Positions 26,291 to 34,686 of a DNA stretch of 46,819 nucleotides are shown here, one piece after another; position 1 is the stretch's first letter, and every line of letters starts with the position of its first letter. This DNA is from a virus (lineage: Duplodnaviria; Caudoviricetes). The translations under genes and the position numbers were made by a program. Below the pieces are notes generated by a model. The model had not been told where the DNA came from, did no database searches, and saw only the letters and a list, made by a program, of their open reading frames with translations. The stretch lies in IMG/VR virus record IMGVR_UViG_3300049172_000218, positions 1-46,819 of that record, one strand, 5' to 3'.

Positions 26291-26725
26291 ATGAACGTAA
26301 TCACCACCACGAACATTATTCGCCAGGGCCGATGGTACCCCGAAGGCACCAAGTTCAACTTGTCTGAAGATGACGCCAAGTCGTTGATCGATCAAGGCGT
26401 GGCCCGCAGGGCCACCAGAACCGTTGAAGTTGAGTATGACGAGCCACAGGAGACTAGGCAAACCAAAGTCCCTGCAAAGTCGTCTCCAGCAGCTCAGACG
26501 GCTGCTACAGACTCAGATCCCGCCAATCCTCCAGCTGCCGAAGGCGAAACCTCGCAAGGTGAGGTTCCCAAGTTCAACAAAGACATGAGCCGGGACAAGC
26601 TCGATCAGATCGCGGTCAACCTTGGTATGGACGAGAAGAGCCTGGAACAGTATGAGAAGAAAGCTGAACTGGTTGAGGCTATGAAGGCTCACGTTGCCTC
26701 CCAACAGAACAAAGCCAATAGTTAA
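26291..26725 (+). CDS. Head-associated protein with C-terminal Rho-N/HeH-like helical motif
   Basis: WYPEGTKFNLSEDDAKSLIDQG; MSRDKLDQIAVNLG...KKAELVEAM; start refined to ATG 26291. Confidence 0.65.
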   Translation: MNVITTTNIIRQGRWYPEGTKFNLSEDDAKSLIDQGVARRATRTVEVEYDEPQETRQTKVPAKSSPAAQTAATDSDPANPPAAEGETSQGEVPKFNKDMSRDKLDQIAVNLGMDEKSLEQYEKKAELVEAMKAHVASQQNKANS

Positions 26726-26808
26726 TCCTTCTACTCGTTGAGTGAGAATGGCACTACCACTACAGAAATTTCCAGCTGTGATGATCAGCTGGGCATAAGG
26801 AACTACCA

Positions 26809-26970
26809 ATGAAAGCAGTCAAATTTATCAAAGTATGGCAACCGTACGAACCAGGTCAGGTTGTAGATCTGGACGACAAATTGGCTGACAAGCTGATCGA
26901 GGACGGTGTCTGCAAAGAATATCGGTCTGGATTGCGCTCGATCGCTGTCAAGACAGGGAGCAATAGTTAA
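26809..26970 (+). CDS. 53-aa virion-module protein (not in ORF track)
   Basis: AAGGA RBS; MKAVKFIKVWQPYEPGQVVDLDDKLADKLIEDGVCKEY...; TAATG coupling to next gene. Confidence 0.65.
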   Translation: MKAVKFIKVWQPYEPGQVVDLDDKLADKLIEDGVCKEYRSGLRSIAVKTGSNS

Positions 26971-27395
26971 TGGCCAATGCTCTCTACAATGTTGGCAAAG
27001 GGGCGCTGCTACGCGGTGATATTGATCTTGAGAATGACACCATCATGATTGCCCTGGTTACCAGTTCGTATACGCCTAACATCGACACTCACGAAGACTT
27101 CGCCGATGTAACCAACGAAGTCTCAGCCACCGGGTATACCTCAGGAGGCGCTACTCTCTCTGGCAAGTCGGTCACCGTTGACACTACCAATGATTGCGCC
27201 GAGTTCGATGCGACTGATCCCGTCTGGACCATCACCGGCTCTGTGACCGCCCGTGGCGCCATTCTTTACAAATCCACTGGCACGCCTTCGACCAGCCCAC
27301 TTCTTGCTTACTTTGACTTTGGCGGCGACGAGACAGCCACCGACGGCGACTTTACGATTCAGTTCAACGCCGAAGGAGCCCTCCAGCTGGGCTAA
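26970..27395 (+). CDS. Acidic virion structural protein
   Basis: IDLENDTIMIALVTSSYTPN...NEVSATGYTSGG...ARGAILY, a widespread phage structural family. Confidence 0.75.
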   Translation: MANALYNVGKGALLRGDIDLENDTIMIALVTSSYTPNIDTHEDFADVTNEVSATGYTSGGATLSGKSVTVDTTNDCAEFDATDPVWTITGSVTARGAILYKSTGTPSTSPLLAYFDFGGDETATDGDFTIQFNAEGALQLG

Positions 27396-27458
27396 TTAAT
27401 TCATTAGTACTACGAAAGGCGGCGGCAGGTCTGAACAGCCTGACCGACGTTTTGATTT

Positions 27459-29453
27459 ATGGCACGACTATGGAGCAGTGGCTTTGAATTAAATAGCATC
27501 ACAGCCGGGATGGAGTTCTCCAGCCTTACGGTCGGCGTCAATGCCACTGCGTCTATAGTGACAAGTCCGGTTCACAGTGGCATCTACGCGCTCCGAGCGT
27601 TGAACTCATCAATCGTCAACAATAGCTCCTGCCAATTCAGTCAATTCTTTGCAGCAGCTGACCAGGACGGCCCGTACTTTGCCAGAGCGTATGTCTACTT
27701 TGCTGATTGGCCCACCGTGGGCGGGTCACAGATTTTTGCGTTCTACCAAAATGGCGGTGCGTCGAGAGCCAACTTCCGCTTGGGAGTGACGGGCACATTA
27801 GCCTTCAATAATGGAAGTGTTCCAATTGGTTCAAGTACTTTGCTTTCCCTAAACACGTGGTATAGGTTGGAGATGTCTTACAACAACAATACATTGACCG
27901 GTTTCGCTGAAATGGAAGGTCGAGTATACGAGGGTGAAAGCACCACTCCCGTTGCAACCTGGTCGAGCATCACAGAGACAGACAACGGAGGAATTCGTCG
28001 CCTAACGTGGGGGATGGTGTCTACTGACCGCAGCTATGACATCTACTGGGACGATTTAGCCGTCAACGACGCGTTGGGAGCATCGCAAAAGAGTTGGATC
28101 GGCCCAGGAAAGCTCATTGTCTTGCGTCCTGACGGGAATGTAGGGACTCCCGGATTTGTGCGTCAAGGGACAGATAGCGGCGCGAACTGGAGTCAGGTCA
28201 ATGAGGTTACACCCAACGATCTCACTCAATACGTCAATAGCACCACGCTCAACGCTGAAGACGTGTACACGCTTTCACCGTCAGGAATCGACTCGTCAGA
28301 TACCGTCAATATGGTCTCGCTCAACCTTCGCTACCGAGGCAACAACGCCACCGGATGCCCCACCTTCGTCCCCCGGATCCTAAAAACAGGCGGAGGAACG
28401 GTTGCGACAGGCAATGCAATCACTCCGGTTTCAACAACCTGGATCACCAACTTGGCGTCCCTCCTGACTTCGCCGCTTACTCTCTATAGCGATCCTGATG
28501 GCAGTCCATGGACTCAAACGACATTGGACAGCATGCAGGCGGGATTCAGGATTACCGTGGACGGGGCAAACCGAGACGATATCACAGCCCTCTGGGTTTA
28601 TGTGGATTACACCATGGTCACTTCTTCTGCCCCGGCCGTCATTGCTGCAGATGCTCTTGCACTTGGTCTTGCATTGACGTCGATCAGCGTCACAGCACAG
28701 CAGCAGCTCACCATCTCTCCACCACCTCTTGGACTATCGGGCGCAAATCCATCAGTGGCCGTGACCGCTCAGATACAGCCAGTCACCGACGTGGAGGCTC
28801 AATTACTCTCCGTTTCGGCTCCGTCTGCAATCGCGCTAGCCGAAATTCATGCACTGCCCGAAGCAAGCTCTCAAGCACTCACGTTCCAAGCTCCTCCCGT
28901 CTCGATCACAGCACAGCAGCAATCAATCGTTTCTCTCAATGCGCCAAGTTGCGGCCTATCCGCCCCTCTGGCTCTGGTCGTCGCCGACGCACTTACGACA
29001 GCTGACGTCGATGCCTCCGTCCTCCTAATCTCGGCACAATCAGTCACCGTGATTGGCCAAATCCAGGCAACAGCCAACTTGAATGAAATATTGTTCGCAC
29101 TAGGGGCACCTGTGGCCAATGCTGTCACACAGAATCAAGTAGTTCAAAAACTAGACGCCATCAGCTACATGGTAGCCATTTCGAGCTCTTCAGTCATCGC
29201 TCAAAGGCAACCAACCGCTGCACTCGAAGCGCTTCGCTGGCTGCTCGGTGCTGCACCCGCAACGATCGATTTTTCTGCAGCCTCTGCTTCATCAATCGGA
29301 CCGGGGTCGTTATTGGGCGGAACTAGGCGCGGATCTGCGGTTGGCGGTCAGGGACGCTCAGTCCTACTGGTAGATAGTCTCGGTGATGATCTTGACGGAT
29401 CAGCCTTGCATGGAGCCCGCCGATATACGGTAGTCGGCGGTCGCCGCCGCTAG
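27459..29453 (+). CDS. Fibre/adhesin-like virion protein (LamG/lectin-like N-terminus, approximately 24-aa repeats in C-terminus)
   Basis: SGFE...VHSGIYALR, LSLNTWYRLEM, IYWDDLAV; repeated L-x-x-x-AP-x-V-S/A-V/I-T-AQ units. Confidence 0.65.
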   Translation: MARLWSSGFELNSITAGMEFSSLTVGVNATASIVTSPVHSGIYALRALNSSIVNNSSCQFSQFFAAADQDGPYFARAYVYFADWPTVGGSQIFAFYQNGGASRANFRLGVTGTLAFNNGSVPIGSSTLLSLNTWYRLEMSYNNNTLTGFAEMEGRVYEGESTTPVATWSSITETDNGGIRRLTWGMVSTDRSYDIYWDDLAVNDALGASQKSWIGPGKLIVLRPDGNVGTPGFVRQGTDSGANWSQVNEVTPNDLTQYVNSTTLNAEDVYTLSPSGIDSSDTVNMVSLNLRYRGNNATGCPTFVPRILKTGGGTVATGNAITPVSTTWITNLASLLTSPLTLYSDPDGSPWTQTTLDSMQAGFRITVDGANRDDITALWVYVDYTMVTSSAPAVIAADALALGLALTSISVTAQQQLTISPPPLGLSGANPSVAVTAQIQPVTDVEAQLLSVSAPSAIALAEIHALPEASSQALTFQAPPVSITAQQQSIVSLNAPSCGLSAPLALVVADALTTADVDASVLLISAQSVTVIGQIQATANLNEILFALGAPVANAVTQNQVVQKLDAISYMVAISSSSVIAQRQPTAALEALRWLLGAAPATIDFSAASASSIGPGSLLGGTRRGSAVGGQGRSVLLVDSLGDDLDGSALHGARRYTVVGGRRR

Positions 29454-29546
29454 GTTGCCAGAGAGTGTACCTACAGTCCTTACATAAAGGTGCGGCTCCA
29501 GCTATACTTTGATGATCGGACTCACCAAGAGCAGGACGGGGTGGCA

Positions 29547-30803
29547 ATGGCTGTTGAGACGTGGGTTACTCAGTACCGCAATGACCAGGTCTGGGCGTAC
29601 CTGCAGGAAATCGTCACCTCGATAAGCGAATATGAGATCGTAGACCCTACTCACCGCGATCAAGCCTCGGAAGTTCGAAGAGTAGCAGCTGCAGCTCTCG
29701 CTTTGAGCAGTGCAGATCCTCACTTTGTTTCACCGTCTCGTATGAGTGACTTCCGGACTCACACCGAGCATGTGCGGAACTACATTAGCCAGTGGCTTTC
29801 CACAGGCAGTGAGTCCTATATTTCGACCGCCTATGAGAACTTGGTTCAGTTACAGGACACCTTATTCGGCTGGACTTCAGGGAAGTCTGATTCTCTTCGC
29901 AGCGCGGCTAAGGTCTTGCAGAATACGACTGAGGAGCTTCAGTCGGCTCAGGATACGTTTTCCAAGACAGTCAGCCGACAGCAGAAAACGCTGGATGCCC
30001 TATTTGAACAAAAGAAGCAGGATTCCGAGAACTTCCTTGAAGAAGCTCGTACAAGCCTAGCCGAGAGTGCCGATCAGATTCAGCAACAGGTAGCGGCCAC
30101 CAGCGAAAGGTTGGTTACCCTCACAAACCAGCTGGCAAGCATAGAAAGGCGAAATACCCAGCTCGTCGAGAGCCTCCAGAAGCAATTCAACAATGCAGAA
30201 GAGTCACGAAGTAGTTCGCACGAGGAACTACTCAGAAACCACCGATCGTCACTTACGTCCGCGCTATCGGAAACCAAAACCAATCTCGATTCCTATGCCA
30301 CCAACCAGACGCAGGAACTCAACAAACATCGAGATCGTGTCGTGGAACTCAAAGAGGAAATCGAACAGATTGTCGGCGCTATGGGGGTGCTGGCTACCGC
30401 TGAGTGGTACAAGAACAATGCTGACGCGCAGCAGAAATCAGCCAATATATGGAGGCTGGTCGCCATAGGAGGGTTCATCCTGGCCTTTGTGGTGGTCGCC
30501 TACTCTGTGTTCTTTGTCGACCATGCGGAAGAGACCTGGAAATCTACCATCATTAAGACCACGGCAAGCGCCACGTTGGCTGCCGGAGCGGTATATGCAT
30601 CAAGAGAGTCGTCTAAACATCGCACTCAAGAATTTGCCGACCGGAAGACTGAGCTCACGCTTCGAGCCCTTGACCCGTTCATCGCGAACCTGGACGAAAA
30701 GCCTCGGAGGAGGTTGAAGGCGGATGCGACCAGGAAAGTATTTGATCTAGGGCTTGAGGAGGACGAAGAAATTGAGGAAGACGAGGAGTCGCAACTACAA
30801 TAG
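29547..30803 (+). CDS. Moron: coiled-coil protein with two C-terminal TM helices
   Basis: Long Q/E/S-rich coiled coil, WRLVAIGGFILAFVVVAYSVFF, ASRESSKHR...ELTLRALDPFI, acidic tail; upstream TATACT at 29503. Confidence 0.75.
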   Translation: MAVETWVTQYRNDQVWAYLQEIVTSISEYEIVDPTHRDQASEVRRVAAAALALSSADPHFVSPSRMSDFRTHTEHVRNYISQWLSTGSESYISTAYENLVQLQDTLFGWTSGKSDSLRSAAKVLQNTTEELQSAQDTFSKTVSRQQKTLDALFEQKKQDSENFLEEARTSLAESADQIQQQVAATSERLVTLTNQLASIERRNTQLVESLQKQFNNAEESRSSSHEELLRNHRSSLTSALSETKTNLDSYATNQTQELNKHRDRVVELKEEIEQIVGAMGVLATAEWYKNNADAQQKSANIWRLVAIGGFILAFVVVAYSVFFVDHAEETWKSTIIKTTASATLAAGAVYASRESSKHRTQEFADRKTELTLRALDPFIANLDEKPRRRLKADATRKVFDLGLEEDEEIEEDEESQLQ

Positions 30804-30818
30804 CGGGATATCGAATTG

Positions 30819-30827
30819 TGATATTAT
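30819..30827 (+). promoter_or_regulatory. Extended -10 promoter upstream of neck genes
   Basis: TGaTATTAT; ATG 30836 is 8 nt downstream, no SD. Confidence 0.55.
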
Positions 30828-30835
30828 GACAACAT

Positions 30836-31774
30836 ATGTCCGCCGAAATTCTACGCCTATCTAACTTTGACTCCGTCAACCAATCCGCACGCTCGGAAGT
30901 AGCCTCCTCGGCTTCCGCAACCCAAACAATTGTGACACTGCAGAGCGTGGGAGGGTTTGTCGATGAAGGATTTATCGTCATCGCGCCCGCAACCGAATGC
31001 GCCGAGATCAGGCAGATCGACGCAATCAACGGCAACGCCCTCACTTTGAAGACTGCCCTTACCTTTTCCCACCAGCCCGGCACGACTGTCCTGCAGCTAA
31101 TGGGCGACCAACTGAAGGTCAACCGCGCTTCCAATATCGACGGATCTGAGCCGGTCGATTTCACTGCCCACCCTGAAACCTCTCCTAGCAATCCAGTCAC
31201 AATCCAGCCAGACCAGCGGTTCACCGCCGTAACCGATCCTGACGGCGGCTCTGGATATTGGTATAAGGTCACCTATCTCAACTCCGTAACCTCAACTGAG
31301 ACCGACCTGTCGCTGTCACTGGCTGTACGCGGTGGCGACTATGGCCACTACGCCTCACTTGAAGAGATTCGAGATGAAGCCGGATTCTCTCTTTTCGACA
31401 ACGTCACTGACCAACAAGTGTCTCTCGCCCGCGCCAAGGCTGAGAGCGAAATAAACTCCGTCATCGCTTCCATCGGCTACACCATGCCAATCTCAGTCGA
31501 AGTTCCCCTCCTGGCCTCCATCACCCATCTGCTGGCTGCAGGACACCTGCTCAACCGCTCATATGGCTCAGGCGCTGAAGGCACCACCAAAGACGGCGCC
31601 AGACTGCTTAAGGACGGTCGGGATCTCCTCAAGCAACTGATGGCAGGCACCCTCCAGCTGGTCGATACCGCCGGCAACGTCCTGCCCAACACCGCTAACT
31701 CTTCCGGCCAATCGAGCGGCTCAGTCGAAGGATCCTGCCGCGAGCCGGTCTTCCGCATGAGGGATGTCTTCTAA
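30836..31774 (+). CDS. Head-tail adaptor (Mu gp36-like C-terminal domain) with N-terminal beta extension
   Basis: YASLEEIRDEAG...AESEINSVIASIGYTMPI...LAAGHL...LLKQLMAG. Confidence 0.7.
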   Translation: MSAEILRLSNFDSVNQSARSEVASSASATQTIVTLQSVGGFVDEGFIVIAPATECAEIRQIDAINGNALTLKTALTFSHQPGTTVLQLMGDQLKVNRASNIDGSEPVDFTAHPETSPSNPVTIQPDQRFTAVTDPDGGSGYWYKVTYLNSVTSTETDLSLSLAVRGGDYGHYASLEEIRDEAGFSLFDNVTDQQVSLARAKAESEINSVIASIGYTMPISVEVPLLASITHLLAAGHLLNRSYGSGAEGTTKDGARLLKDGRDLLKQLMAGTLQLVDTAGNVLPNTANSSGQSSGSVEGSCREPVFRMRDVF

Positions 31775-32223
31775 TGCTCACCATGTCGATTCGAATTGAA
31801 GGAATCGACCAGAGCCGAGCCATGCTGGGTCGGGTTAGGAAAGTCATCACCAAGATGGAGCCGGGCTACAAGTCGGTTGGCGAGTATCTGCTCGAACTCT
31901 TCACCAGAGACGTCTTTGAGTCAGAAGGTGCCGTCTACGGCAGGCGCTGGGCTCCGCTCGATCCAGAGTATTCACTGTGGAAATCCACAAACTATCCAGG
32001 GCGCGGCATCTTAGAGGCAACAGGAACGATGCGCCGAGGATTTAGGGGGATATCCACAAACGAGTATCTGCTTATCAGGAACCCGGTCGACTATTTGAAG
32101 AACCATCAGAACGGTATCGGCGTGCCGCAGCGTATCGTGGTCGATCTTCAGCGCAAACAGCGACAAAAGGTCGAGGAGATTCTGACGACTGACATCATGA
32201 CCCGCCTGCGAAAGGCCATCTAA
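31774..32223 (+). CDS. Virion morphogenesis/tail completion protein (Mu gpG-like)
   Basis: FESEG...RWAPL...GILEATGTMRRG...YLKNHQNG.GVPQR. Confidence 0.8.
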   Translation: MLTMSIRIEGIDQSRAMLGRVRKVITKMEPGYKSVGEYLLELFTRDVFESEGAVYGRRWAPLDPEYSLWKSTNYPGRGILEATGTMRRGFRGISTNEYLLIRNPVDYLKNHQNGIGVPQRIVVDLQRKQRQKVEEILTTDIMTRLRKAI

Positions 32224-32224
32224 T

Positions 32225-32731
32225 ATGATTGAAACCTATCTGCGCCCTATATCCACCACGATCATTGAACTGATGCAAGCGGCCTTCGGCCCGGCCGGCG
32301 CGCTATTTCAGCACTACTACGATGGCGATCCAGTCCACATTCCCGCCCAGAATCTGCCCTGCATGATCATTGAGAAGCAGTCGACCGTATTGCCCGGCCA
32401 GGCTCCGACCGGCATGATGCGGCTGGATCACACCATTACCATCCAAGCTGAGTTCGACAAGCGGCCTGAATTCAACAAGAACCCCAAACAGGTCTACCTA
32501 CGAGCCAAGCTGGAGCAGATTGCCGAAGGCATTGATCCTAATACAGGTGAGGTCGGCCTCCAAACCATCGTCGGCGTCTTGCAACGCAATTTCACGCTCC
32601 GCCAACAAGCCAACGGCCAGACACTGGAAATCAACTACGCACTGTTCCCACGCGGCCGAGATGTGCTGACCCAGGGAGTTACAGTCACAGCCACCATCCG
32701 CGAAGATCGAATCCTGACCGGCCGGATTTAA
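32225..32731 (+). CDS. Putative tail terminator
   Basis: Position before tail tube; YYDGDP...LPCMII. Confidence 0.6.
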   Translation: MIETYLRPISTTIIELMQAAFGPAGALFQHYYDGDPVHIPAQNLPCMIIEKQSTVLPGQAPTGMMRLDHTITIQAEFDKRPEFNKNPKQVYLRAKLEQIAEGIDPNTGEVGLQTIVGVLQRNFTLRQQANGQTLEINYALFPRGRDVLTQGVTVTATIREDRILTGRI

Positions 32732-32779
32732 ACTGCGGATTGACTTGTAGGCCAATTATTGTATAGATTGAAGGTATCT

Positions 32780-32935
32780 ATGTTTACTTATCGCAACACC
32801 GCCCCGCATACGTTGTACGTTATCAACGTAGGCAGCGCCGATCCTAACAAGACGATTGACTCGCCTGTCGAACTCAACCACCCCAACCTTGAATTGGTCA
32901 AAGCCAAAAAGGAGAATGCCAAACCGCAAGCATAA
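32780..32935 (+). CDS. 51-aa protein upstream of tail tube (not in ORF track)
   Basis: MFTYRNTAPHTLYVINVGSADPNKTIDSPVELNHPNLELVKAKKENAKPQA; downstream of TTGACT-18-TAGATT (32740-32769). Confidence 0.55.
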   Translation: MFTYRNTAPHTLYVINVGSADPNKTIDSPVELNHPNLELVKAKKENAKPQA

Positions 32936-32937
32936 CT

Positions 32938-34107
32938 ATGGAATATTTAGCTAATTACGGCTCAGCAATAATCAAGAAAGAGACCACCAAAGGCACCGCC
33001 GTCATCCCTGACTTCACCCTTCCTTTGATCGGCGAAACGCTCACCACCGACATCCACTCATCCGAAACCAAGCTGATCGTGGGCCATGGCTTTGCCAGGC
33101 ACCTCAATAGCTACGGACAGCAGTCCAACATGGGGGACTTGACCGTTCTGGCAGAGCCAAACTCCTTCGCCTACCTGGCCGACATGACACTCACTCGAAC
33201 CGCCACCTCAGGCTCTGGCCCCTATACCCATACTTTTGCCAAGTCCAGTACCATCAATCCAAACTCTTACACCGTCCAAATCCAGCGAGGCCCAATCCCC
33301 TATCGATACTTCGGCGTTGAGGGCCGTGGCCTGCCTATGAATTTCCAAGACGGCGTCGGCCAGACGGTTGTACCAGTTAGTGCTCGGGGAGTCTTCTCAG
33401 TGGCAGAAATCGCCGCAGTAGACAGCACTACTCTCACCTTGGTCTCTACCTACAACGAAGCCCCGACTCGCGGCCTAGTGGCCACAGACACTGTCCGGAT
33501 CTATAAGGCGGCTGGTGGCGTGGTCGATACCACCGTCTCTTCCATAGACTCAGATGGACTAAATATCACCGTCGCCTCAGCTACTGGGGTGACCGCGGGC
33601 GACATGATCTCCCTACGAGCCATCACCCCAAGCCTGTCACTCTCAAGTGAAGTGCTGTGGGCTCGCTCTGCCTATCACTTCTCCAGCACCAGCGCTGCAG
33701 ACGCTCTAACAAATGACCACACACCCATTGAGCCGGATTCAGGCACCTGGAACATCACTCATGGCATGGTGACCGATGAAGGTGAGGGCCGGTCAGGCTC
33801 CTTCCTTCGCGCCTCCCTGGCTCGAACCGTGGCTGATTTTGAAGTAACCATCCGCAAAGTGTTCGACGGGCCAACTGCCGAGCGCGACTACCTGCTGTTC
33901 AAGAAGCAGGCCATGGTGGCCCGCCACTACTGCGGAACAAATCATGAAATCCGCGCCACCCTCAATCACGCCAAGACCATCACCAAACCAAACACCTTGA
34001 CGGTTGACGGCGTTATTTATGATGAATCCACGCTTCGACCACAATATGACGCTTCAGACGGCACCGTCTTCGGACTCACTGTCATCAACGGTATAGCAAC
34101 TATCTAA
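32938..34107 (+). CDS. Major tail (tube) protein with internal inserted domain
   Basis: KKETTKGTAV, GPYTHTF, SYTVQIQRG...YRYFG; position before chaperone and tape measure. Confidence 0.8.
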   Translation: MEYLANYGSAIIKKETTKGTAVIPDFTLPLIGETLTTDIHSSETKLIVGHGFARHLNSYGQQSNMGDLTVLAEPNSFAYLADMTLTRTATSGSGPYTHTFAKSSTINPNSYTVQIQRGPIPYRYFGVEGRGLPMNFQDGVGQTVVPVSARGVFSVAEIAAVDSTTLTLVSTYNEAPTRGLVATDTVRIYKAAGGVVDTTVSSIDSDGLNITVASATGVTAGDMISLRAITPSLSLSSEVLWARSAYHFSSTSAADALTNDHTPIEPDSGTWNITHGMVTDEGEGRSGSFLRASLARTVADFEVTIRKVFDGPTAERDYLLFKKQAMVARHYCGTNHEIRATLNHAKTITKPNTLTVDGVIYDESTLRPQYDASDGTVFGLTVINGIATI

Positions 34108-34111
34108 CCCT

Positions 34112-34444
34112 ATGGCACACTTTCCTACACGCACTACAGTCAAACACCAACTATCCAGTTACAAACCAGAAGAAGGCGGCTGGGTCGAACTCTATACCGA
34201 TCCTGACGTCGCGGAAGTCGAGCAAGTGTTCTCCGATGAGAATGCCAGCAACTTCACCAAGGGGCTAATAATGCTGACCGCCATGATTCAGTCCTGGGGG
34301 TTCGATGAAGCAGATGGCACGCCTTCAGCGATTACCATCGACAACGTCCGCAAGCTGGGAATGACTAACATCAACGAGCTTCTGGAACTAGTTAATCTAC
34401 CAGGCTCCAAAGAACCGCTAAGCCCAAAAGCAAGCGACAGCTAA
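34112..34444 (+). CDS. Tail assembly chaperone (gpG-like)
   Basis: MIQSWGF...ITIDNVRKL; between tube and TMP; ends just after slippery site. Confidence 0.8.
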   Translation: MAHFPTRTTVKHQLSSYKPEEGGWVELYTDPDVAEVEQVFSDENASNFTKGLIMLTAMIQSWGFDEADGTPSAITIDNVRKLGMTNINELLELVNLPGSKEPLSPKASDS

Positions 34445-34686
34445 TCTGGTTCTTCCAGGCCGAAGCTGACCGAGCTGCCGGCCGAACCGTAACGCTCCCG
34501 CAAATACCGATGGAACTTGTCATCCTTCGGTATCGGGAGCGTTTCCATTTAAGTTACCAAGATGTGGCTCATATGCCGTATTCAAAATTGATGCAAGATC
34601 TCGCTATTCTGCAACTAGAGCGTAAGGTGGTAGAATCAAAACACCAAGACAACAACCAATCAACTCATGGCTCTACTCGGCAATAA
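34423..34686 (+). CDS. -1 frameshift extension of tail chaperone (gpGT-like)
   Basis: C CCA AAA (34423-34429) in the 0 frame; -1 frame open for 87 codons to TAA 34684-34686 (…RYRERFHLSYQDVAHMPY…). Confidence 0.75.
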   Translation, partial: PKSKRQLIWFFQAEADRAAGRTVTLPQIPMELVILRYRERFHLSYQDVAHMPYSKLMQDLAILQLERKVVESKHQDNNQSTHGSTRQ

